From the human T2T-CHM13v2.0 reference genome, Homo sapiens, in assembly GCF_009914755.1 (NCBI RefSeq), contig NC_060927.1: DNA of 64,000 nt; one strand, 5' to 3'. How positions within the stretch are numbered: the first letter of the stretch is position 1; each line of letters starts with the position of its first letter. A program made the position numbers and the translations under genes. Under the pieces are notes generated by a model. That model worked only from the letters and a program-made list of their open reading frames with translations. It was not told where the DNA came from and did not search any database. Shown here one piece after another: positions 53,961-64,000 of this stretch.

Positions 53961-54604
53961 ATAGTTCCCAAAGGCTGGGAGTCCAGTCTCTCCATCCTTG
54001 TCCAGGCTATGTCCCCACCCTGAAACCAGGGGTCTTCTGAGCAATCCCAGTGTGAGTTTGGATCCCAACTAGCAATGAGGCCTGGAACAGCTTACTTAAC
54101 CTAGCGGAGCTTCAGTTTCTCATCTGCAAGTAGGAATAACACACTTGCCCCTGGGGTTGTTTTAAGGATTAAACTTATAAAGCACTAATGGCACATTGGA
54201 AATAAAAGGCATGTGTTCGCTTCCTTCCAGCTACCCAGAACGGGGGCTTCTCCAATTCTGCTGCCCGAAACAAAAATGATAGAGGCTTGACCACATGCAC
54301 ACACACCCTGAGAAGATGGATAGGCTGAATGTGTCATTAAATAGTACACTAGTTAAATTAAATGTATAATATGGTTAAATCCTCCAGGACCATATAGCTA
54401 GAGTCATCTCCTAGATGCTAGAATAACAGAAAATGCTGCTTTAAAAAGGAGATACTCAGTTTATGGTACTTAGTGCCCCAGGAAAGTATAAGAATCAAGA
54501 ATCAATTAAATGAAGTCTTTCACTTTTTAAAAATAGGTACCGAGCTTTTTTACCCCAAGAGAATTAAATCTTTAAAACAGAACCAGGAGTGATGGGGAAG
54601 ATAG

Positions 54605-55175
54605 TGCATTGGTTTTCTATACTGTGTAACAATACCACTAATTTCACAGCTTAAAACAATACTCTTCCTCTCTCATGGTTTCCATGGGTTGGGAGTTCAG
54701 ACCTGGCTTAGCTAGGTCCTCTGCTCAGGGGCTCATAGGGTCTGAGCCAGGTGTCAGCTGGGTATGAGGTCTCCTCTGAGCCTCAGGTCCTCTTCCAAGC
54801 TCACGTGGTTGTTGGCAGATTCATTTCCTTGCAGATGTAGAACTCATGGTGGCTACTTCTTCAAGGTCAGCAGGACAGAAGGAAATATGACTCCTGTCTC
54901 TCACTTCTATACTGTCTTTTAGAGGGCTCACCCATCTAGGTCAGGCTCCCTTGGGAAAAGGTCCCTTTTGATTACCTTATTGGGGATCTTAATCACATCT
55001 GAAAAATCCTTTCACCTTTGGCATAAGACACAACAGTATTCTGGGAGTGATATTCCAACACCTTGGCTGTATTGTATTGGTTCAGAACAAGTTAAAGGTA
55101 CCACCCATACTAATGGAGAGGGAATAATACAAGGGCCCAGATCTTTAGAGGTCATCTTAGAATTCTGCCTATTAC
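54605..55175 (-). mobile_element. MLT1E/F-like LTR
   Basis: GGCTTAGCTAGGTCCTCTGCTCAGGG; TCCTCTTCCAAGCTCACGTGGTTGTTGGCAGA; CATCTTAGAATTCTGCCTA. Confidence 0.8.
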
Positions 55176-56402
55176 AGACAGAGACAAACAAGTGGATACA
55201 CTGTGTAAGACAGGGGAAATTAAGATCATTATCCCCATCTCCCAGAGACTCCAAAGTATCTTGTTCAAATCACCCAGCTTGCCCCTGCGATGGAGCTAAA
55301 CATGCAGATTTTCTAGGACTAAGGCATGTGTGCCTTCCACTCCCTTATTAATCTGTCAAAGAAGGGAACGGCCCCATTGCACCATCAGGTGGGATGTGTG
55401 GCTGATATGCAGGGCAAGTTTATCACTCACCCCCAGTAAATCATGACAAATTTGAATTGCAAGATGATGGTCAGCCACATTTTTAGCAGAACCAGGATCA
55501 AAATGCAGGGCTCCAGAGTCCTGATCTATTGTTATTTTGTAACATAGAAACACATTTTCCTTGTGTTTTCCACTGCCCTTGTCAAAGACTGCATGGCAAG
55601 ACACTGCTTGGGTCAAACAGTCATGTTCTGTTTTGATCCAGATGTTTTAGCCTTATAGGCAAAAACCTTCCTGGTTCTAAGAGGTCATCCAAAAACCTGG
55701 AAAAAATTAGATAGTTATTTTAAAGTGAAGGTTACCATGAAAATGACAGGAAAGAAACCAAAAAACTTAAGTTGTGAGTAATTCACATATATATGGTACA
55801 ACTGTTGGTCCAAGTTGATACAAATTAAGGTAGAAGGTTCATGTATATTTATATTGTTAATTCAGATATACTGTGTTCCATGGACCATTTCTGTCTACCG
55901 ATGCTTAAGTGTTAGTTGTTTTTAATGAATACAATATGTAAAAAAATAATAATAACCAAATAGGATTTGGTTATAATTTAATTTAACTAGTGTACTATTT
56001 AATGATACAAACAACATATTATTCATGTTTTCACATTGAAATAACTTGGGCCCTGCTTGCTACATTGTAACAGTGAAAACATCATTGTGAGCCATGATTA
56101 TTGGGGATTTATGAAGGTGTTGGCATGAAACCAAAAGAACTGGGTTCAAGGTCTTTCTAGTTCTGCCCCTTTCTAGCTTTGTGACTCTGAGAAAATCACT
56201 TGTGCCTCCCAATGCAGTATTTAGAACACATAGTAGACCACACTGCACCAATCAATTACCAGCTTCTAATTGCTCAGCTTCTCCACCTGAGAGTGAGACG
56301 TTGCGAGTTACTGATAGCTTTCCATTAGTACTTTTGGTGTCCTTGCTGTGAGTAACACAGTAAATCAGACATTGTCATTCCCCTGCTTAAGACTCTCTAT
56401 AA

Positions 56403-56759
56403 CTGCTCTGCTCAATATGGTAGCCACCAGCCAGATGTGGTTGATGGTAGCTAGATGGTAGCCACCAGCCAGATGTGCTTATTGAGTATTTGTGACATGG
56501 CTAATCTGAAGAGAGATGTGCTGTAAGGGTAAAACACACACCAGATTTCAAAATGAAGCACACACATAAAAAATAGTGTAAACCATCGCAATAATTTTTA
56601 TATTAATCACAGGTGGGAATGACATTTTAGTTATATTGAGTTTAATAAAATATATAATAGCTATTTCACCTTTTTCTTTTTGATTTTTTTTAAATACGAC
56701 TATTAGAAATTGTTAAATTACATACATGGCCTGCATTGTGTTCCAGTGGGAAAGCACTG
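56403..56759 (+). mobile_element. MER33 with internal duplication, within an L2 that continues to ~57320
   Basis: CAATATGGTAGCCACCAGCCAGATGTG; GAGATGTGCTGTAAGGGTAAAACACACACCAGATTTC. Confidence 0.8.
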
Positions 56760-58671
56760 ATGTCTAACCTCCTGCCATTTCCAGGAGAGAACATAAACTC
56801 CTTAGCATGGTTTATGGGGCCCACATGAGCCAGCTCCTGCATGCCTCACCTGAGGCTCCTCATACCATTCTCCCTGACCCACTACACTGACCTCATGATC
56901 CCTCAGACATGCCACACTCGCACTCATCTCAGGGTCTCTGCTCTCATGACCCCATCCTCCTGGAATGTTCTCTCCATGGGGACTGTACTCACAGCTGACT
57001 CATTCTCCTTCACTGGGGCTTAGTTCACACACCACCTGCTCAGCCAGACCTTCCTGGACCCCCTAATCTAAAATGACTGTGTCCAATGAATTTCTCCATT
57101 TATTTCCTCCTAGGCACTCACTGCCATCCTTAATTACCTTATCTAAATATCTATCCACTTGTTTAATGCCTGTCTCCCCTACACACATTAGAATAGAAGC
57201 TATATGAGGGGAGGGACATTTCCTGTCTTATTCACTGTTGCATCCTCAGCTCAGGGCCTAATCCATAGTATTTCCCAATTCAATATTTGTTTCTTTAATT
57301 AATTTGTTCATGAATGGTAAAAAGAATACGAGACTCAGAGTCAAAAATCCCAGTTAGGACAAGCCCAGTGATAATGATGACAACAACAGCAGCATCTTAA
57401 TCCAAGTGCTTCCTGTTTTGCTTATAATCAACCATCTGCAATCATTATGGAAGCAGTGCAGTATAGGTGAAAGGGTGCAATCTGAAGTTAAAAACTCTGA
57501 ATTTAAATTTCAGCTCTGCCACTTGCCAGCTGTATGACCTTTGATACAGCCCTGGGACTGTTTGGGATTTCTGTTTTCTCTGAGACTAGTTGTCTTGGAG
57601 TTCAAGTAAGATTAGGGCTCTGTCAACCAGGGAGCCCCAGAAGTAGTTATTAGACCAATATGTTCTCCAAGGAGAAGAACTCTTTTATTTACCTTGATGT
57701 TTCCAGCACCTATCAGAGGGCTTGGCTTATGGCAAGTATCCCAAAACTCCTTGATAGATGAATGAATGCTTCTAATAATCCCGTGTCAAAAAGCGATGAT
57801 CCTTGGAGAAATCAGATCTCTACTCTTTCAACTAGGAAAAGATATCCAATTTTCTTCCAAAGAGAAGTGAAGAGGACCTCAGAGCTGGAGTGAGGCTCAG
57901 GTGCAATAACTACATTTCCCTCATTCTCCTGAAAAGTCCCAAGTTGTAATGGTCTGTCCAGGTGTCCGGTTAAGTCTCTGAATATAGGTCCCCTGGAACA
58001 AGAGGGTCAAGTGTAAGGTTTAAAGTGTCAAAGTCAGAATCCTCAGCTGAGGAGACAGCAACTTCTAGCAGATAGCAGGGATCCCCTCTCTGCCTACAGC
58101 AGGTCTTTTTCCAGAAAGGAGGGAATGAGCCACCCCAAGCAGCAGCTCCTGACACTCGTGTTCTGAGAAATTCTGAGAAACAGCTGCAATATCTGCCTCC
58201 TTAATTGTACCTGGAGCCAAGGGTAAAAATAAGGAGGGGGAGAGACTCTTGTGGTTGGAGCTATTAATAAATAGTGTTAACTTAATAAAATTAGTATTAT
58301 TTCATGGAACAATGATTTTTCAAGATGGGGCAAGGAGGGTGGCTGGGAAGGGAGTGGGAAATGACTTCACTGGGCAGGCTTTTGCCTCGTTTGAAAGGGA
58401 TAAAGCTTGCCTTTGTTATATTCCTGGCTTCTGTTCCCACAGCTCTAAAATATAAAGGCTTCTGGCATGACATCCTGATTTAGCACTATTGTTCCTAGGA
58501 TTTGCTACTGAAAGGACTATTCATGTGGAAACCTCCTCTCCCAGGCCAGGCTTCTGTTGGCCACTGTTTATTTACATACTGGTTTAACATGCAGCCTACC
58601 TTGGAAGTTTGGACAAACCAGGCCAGGTGTGCCATTGCACCATCTCTCCCTATTCTTACTTTGCCTGCTTA

Positions 58672-59330
<659 letters not shown>

Positions 59331-60599
59331 GCCAGAACCCAACCTCTATTCATTTGCCAAATGTGTACTGTGCCTATACCACATGCTAGGTGTTTGAGGA
59401 CATAGCTGGGAGCAAACAAGGCAAAAATCAATTATAGCAGAAATCTGTGAAAAAAGAAATAGGTCATCCCTCATCTTGGAAAAGATAAGCCACAAAAAGC
59501 CCTTTCCAGGAATATGTAATAAAAAGTCACAATTCAGGATCCCTGGCTGAGATTTGGGATGACTGGAGATGATGATAAGAACTAAATTGGAGGAGGCTTT
59601 CAAGAGGAAAAAGCCTCCAGCAAGAGACAGCCCCACAGTGGGAACTGCAGCCTCCCCTTCTCACCAAATCCCTCCCGAATGGTGTACTTCGGGACCACTC
59701 TTCAGTCTCTGTGCAACCGAGTTTTATTTTAGCCCACAGGACCCTGGTTTTTCTGGCAGGGGGCACTGCAAAGACGGGTTACAGGCCGAACACCTCACAA
59801 CAGAGACAGCAGTATTCTCTCTAGGATAAAAAGGGCTTGTGTTTAATCCTCTGTCAGGGCAGGGGGGAAATGCCTCTGGAATCCAAGTCTGTGGAACCGG
59901 CTCAGCAGAGAGATGTGGCTTTATAGGCAAACAACGTGGCATAGAGAGAGGAACCTGGCCAATTCTGTCTTATAAGAGTAGTTATGTTATGCGTTGCAAG
60001 GACTCCACATTCCATGGATTTGTGAACTCAGATGGAATCTTGTTTGTCCAGGCCTGCATGACCCCATTTATCTAAAAATTACTAACTTCCTAGTTTATAG
60101 TTTACAATCCTGTGCCCGCCGCCCCCCTCCCCCCCCGCCACGCCCCCATGAGCTTTCTCTCTATTACTCTCAGTCTCTCAGGTTAAAGCCTTGCTCAGTA
60201 ATTCAGCTGTGGACCAGTTATTCTGATTATTTCCTCATCTATCGTCTTACAGTCATAATAATAATAATATCTGAGATAATATGAGCATACAACAAGACAG
60301 TATGTCCACAGGAGCATCTCTAAGATCAGGACAGTGATTTCTTGCTCATGGAATAAGAAGGATTTATGTTAAAGCAAGTTATAAGAAAGCAGTTTAATAC
60401 TTTACGAACGTTAAGTTTAAAAAAATCATAACTCGCTGGAATCTTTTCTCCTCTCTGGATATTGGAGAACTCGCCCAGGTTTGGGAAACGTTAGCCAGCT
60501 CCTGCAAAACACCTCCTCCCTCAGCCCTCCCCGCGCCCCCTACGACCAGGCAGAAAGGGTGGGAAGGGGAGCACAGCTCAGCATTTATTTCTGGATCCA

Positions 60600-61082
60600 G
60601 CTCACTAAAAATACCTCGGCTCTCCTGTTTGATCACTCTCCCTTTTGACCTGAATGGATCGCGGGAGCCGCGCCGCCCGCCCCACCTTCGGCCCGTTGCC
60701 CTTTAAAGGAAAAGGGCGTGGGGACGGATTCCTGCCGCTCGAGGGATAGAAGCGAGCTGGGTAGTCAGGGGCCGCGGCCATGCTGACGTCAGGGCAGCCG
60801 GCGCTCAGCTCCGCTCGCTGCCACAGTGCAGAGACCTCCCTGAGGGAGGGGGACAGCCTCGCGCTGGGATTGGCTGGCCTCGCGCGAGCGCCGGCGCGGA
60901 GTGGCTGGCGAGGTTTTAGAGGGAGTCCCGCTCTCCAATTAAAGCGGCCCAGCTGCGCCTGGCTGCGCACAGAGCTCCCTCCCAGGCCCGCGAACTTGGC
61001 CATTCAGCCGCCGCTGTCCCCGCTGCGCGCCCTCGCGCCTCTGCCTGAGAAGCCAGGCGCTGTTCCCCCACCCCAGAAGAGG
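60600..61082 (+). promoter_or_regulatory. CpG-island promoter/5'UTR of LMCD1, likely bidirectional
   Basis: Dense CpG; GC boxes ~60673-60683; CArG CCTTTAAAGG 60700-60709; CRE TGACGTCA 60784-60791; ATTGG 60869-60873 and CCAAT 60935-60939; MEF2-like CTAAAAATAC 60605-60614. Confidence 0.88.
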
Positions 61083-61124
61083 ATGGCAAAGGTGGCTAAG
61101 GACCTCAACCCAGGAGTTAAAAAG
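61083..61124 (+). CDS. LMCD1: LMCD1 first coding exon (MAKVAKDLNPGVKK), phase-0 donor; gene continues beyond the window
   Basis: Peptide matches the recalled LMCD1 N-terminus (MAKVAKDLNPGVKK|MSLGQL...); strong Kozak AGGATGG; consensus donor AAG|GTGAGT at 61124/61125; lies in a CpG island. Confidence 0.93.
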
Positions 61125-61378
61125 GTGAGTGGAAAGCTGTTTGTATTTACCCAGATTCTTACTTTTTCTTGTTTCCCCTTCCCATCTGTTCGCGGAAACT
61201 TCCCAAAAGGTAATGCGAAGGGAACTCTTTAAATTCCAAAACTGCATGGAAAACAAATAGTTGGGAATACATGTTTGAGCTAACAGGCACACACACCCCA
61301 AACCCAATGTTGTGTAAAATATTTGCAAAGGGTCTTATGTCTTTGGTGATGCTAGTTAAAGTTTAATTAAGGTTTTAC

Positions 61379-61746
61379 ATATATATACAATATATATAAA
61401 ATGTATATAAAATATATATATAAAATATATATAATATATATTATATATAAAATATATAATATATATTATATAAAATATATATAATATATATTATATATAA
61501 AATATATAATATATATTATATAAAATATATATAATATATATTATATATAAAATATATAATATATATTATATAAAATATATAATATATATTATATAAAATA
61601 TATAATATATATTATATATAAAATATATAATATATTATATAAAATATATAATATATATTATATATAAAATATATAATATATATTATATAAAATATATATA
61701 ATATATATTATATATAAAATATATATAATATATAATATATATATAT
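61379..61746. repeat. AT-only palindromic minisatellite in LMCD1 intron 1
   Basis: 21-27-bp units made of AAAA plus a TATATAATATATATTATATA-type palindrome; no G/C from 61404 to 61746. Confidence 0.97.
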
Positions 61747-61890
61747 GAAATCTTATGGTCTGTAAAGGAAAAACCCCTAGCTTCCTCACTCCCTGTCCTC
61801 AGGTGGCTGAAGTAAGGGTTGAGAGCATGTAATATTTACTCACAGTCTCCCTTTTGCTATTATCCCAGTGTTTTGTGTGTTTCCCCCAAT

Positions 61891-61914
61891 ACACACACAC
61901 ACACACACGCACGC
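61891..61914. repeat. (AC)9 GCACGC microsatellite
   Basis: Direct reading. Confidence 0.9.
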
Positions 61915-62254
61915 AGTTTCTTTAGTTGGTGATGTTGGCAGTGGCAGCAGTTCCAGCATAAGGGAACTGATTTCTGTCCCCAGGGTCTGCACGTTTCCCT
62001 TACAAGAAGGGCTGGCCCGGAGCCCAGAAGGTCACGGGTAAACTCCTGCACAGGAGCCTGCGGCTGTGCCTATAGCTCCAATACCACTTGTTGCCTACCT
62101 GAATGCAGCTGGGAGAAGGCACAGGCTGGAGACTTAGAGAACATGTGAACGGGAAGGGAACAGAGAGACAACCTAGGCTTTACAGATCGGGAAACTGAGG
62201 CCCGGGGTCACAGAGAGTTGGTTCTAACAGGCAGCTGACTGTAAGGCAAGCCCT

Positions 62255-62400
62255 AGGCATCCAGACTCAGTCCCTGCCACTTTTTAACTGCACATGATTC
62301 ACCAGGTCACTTTTCTGAGCCTCAGTTTCCTTGTCTCTGATGTGGGGAGGATAGGCCTAACCTCCCTCATGGCAGTGGTAGCAGGGATACTGACACTGTG
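62255..62400 (+). mobile_element. MIR
   Basis: CTGCCACTT..CTGAGCCTCAGTTTCCTTGTCTCTGA. Confidence 0.6.
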
Positions 62401-64000
62401 AGTTAATTTCCCAAAGCAGTCATTGTTAAACTCTGATTTCACAGGGTTTAGTCTTGAAGGGCAAAGTCTTCCTTAAATATCTGCCATTAACCTGCAGGGT
62501 AGAATGAGAGGGGGAAAAACAAAAGACGTGAGAATCAAACTAAAGACACAAACAGCCACTCAGAGGCACAGCATGCACTGTCTAATTTGTAGCTGTGCTC
62601 TTCTGTAGACCACCTGCCCAGACCCTGTCACAGAGTCCAGTGGATCCTTCTAAATGTGGGTACCAAGTCACATTGAATCTGGGCATTTGTCTGGAATGTA
62701 TCATGCCTCACTGCATTTGCCAAGCTATTTGCAGAATCAAGTCATTTCCCCTCCTACAGAAATTACCATAACATTTTAGACTCTTAGAAGATACCTATTA
62801 ATTGCTACCTAGTAGTGAGTTATGCATGCAATGCTCTTATTTCTCTATACATTTTTCTGGACTCCTTGAGGGCAAACCTGTCTTGTTCATCCCTGTTTGA
62901 ACATAGCACACCATGCCACACAGCAGGACTCAAAAACCTGTGGGTGACTCATGAGAATATCTGTCCAGCTAAGACCACACTGTTTGCATAGGCTTCATTT
63001 TATGCATTATTTTTTAACTTGTAGCATTGATATTTGTGTGTCTGAACTGCCTCCCCAAGTTCAGACACAGAATAGTTCACGGCTAAAGGTGGCAGAGTTC
63101 CATTGTCCTCTGGAAAGTGAAATGATTCTGAGTATTTTTAATATAAGCTGGTTGATAGTTACTGTATGAGGTGAGATGAGGTATATGGAGACTCCTCCTC
63201 CTCACCACAGTCCTGTGTTGCCACTTGGAGGAAGCCTTGTTTTTATTTTCCTTTGCATAGGGGAGTGTGATTATCCTGATTAGAGGTGGAACATGTTCTC
63301 CTTCTTGTCACCCCCTAGTGCCAACTTCCTTGGCCTGCAAAGGGTTTGTTTTCCATTTAGATCCAATTACAGGCTTAGAGAAAGAATGTGGTGGGTAGAG
63401 ATGAAAGGGCAGATATTTTTTATCTCTTGGGACTGCGACAATCAGGAGGAAGATCACCATTTTGTAGGTTAACCAATGCCTTCAACTCAAAATGTGGAGG
63501 GGAGGGAGGAGAGCCGAGAAGCTCCCCTTGCTGAACTGAATGTCACAGAAGTGATTAAGTACTACGTGATATCAGCAACACGCTGAAAAGCTTTTACTGC
63601 ATATTTATTTTTTAAATCTGCAACAGTATGTGGGGGAGGTTTATAACATTTGGCTTCAGGATGCATAATCGCACTTAGACATTTTGAAACAATTTCATAG
63701 ACTCTTAGAGCTACAAAGGGCCTATTTACAAAATGAGAAATGGTTTAAAATGGCATACAGGCTGTTTCCGCTTCCCTACCCCCGAGGGGGCTGGGGCGGG
63801 AATCCCCACCAACTGGAAAGTCATAAAAAGATCTTCAGCAAAGAACATAAAATCTAAAAACTGGAGTAGACTTAAAGGTCATCTAACCAACCCCAGACAG
63901 GCTGGGGAAAGAGACTCACTGGGGGCCACATACATACATTGTGGCAGAGCTTACAAGTTCCCTAACTTCTCTCTTTCTTTCTAAGTAAAATGCTTCCACC

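Noticed and set aside
61125-61232. Continuation of the 150-aa ORF past the donor (VSGKLFVF...)
   Set aside because: Intronic: consensus donor at 61125, and the recalled LMCD1 protein continues differently.
60605-61328. Antisense ORFs of 132 aa and 129 aa over the promoter/exon 1
   Set aside because: GC-rich, stop-poor sequence; no homology recognised.

Overview
Human (hominid) genomic DNA, dense in repeats and almost entirely non-coding. The only protein-coding sequence I can support is the first coding exon of LMCD1 (LIM and cysteine-rich domains 1/dyxin, chr3p25 from recall): MAKVAKDLNPGVKK at 61083-61124, followed by an AAG|GTGAGT donor. It sits in a CpG-island promoter (~60650-61080) containing a perfect CArG box, a full CRE, GC boxes and CCAAT boxes. 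The ~60 kb upstream is probably intronic sequence of the divergent lncRNA LMCD1-AS1 (recalled, not provable from sequence). That region is a mosaic of interspersed repeats: an SVA 3' end, 8 Alus (one AluYb8), L1PA2/L1M/L2/CR1 fragments, four THE1 solo LTRs with intact TSDs, MLT1/LTR16 LTRs, MER DNA transposons and a MADE1 MITE. There are also two structured AT-rich minisatellites. The other ORF-track entries look like chance or repeat-derived ORFs. I found no novel multi-gene system. The best leads are an in-frame upstream ATG giving a possible 101-aa N-terminal extension of LMCD1, a palindromic higher-order AT VNTR in intron 1, a miR-548-like MADE1 hairpin, and several insertion/repair scars. 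Repeat subfamily names come from memory of consensus sequences; boundaries of old repeats are approximate.
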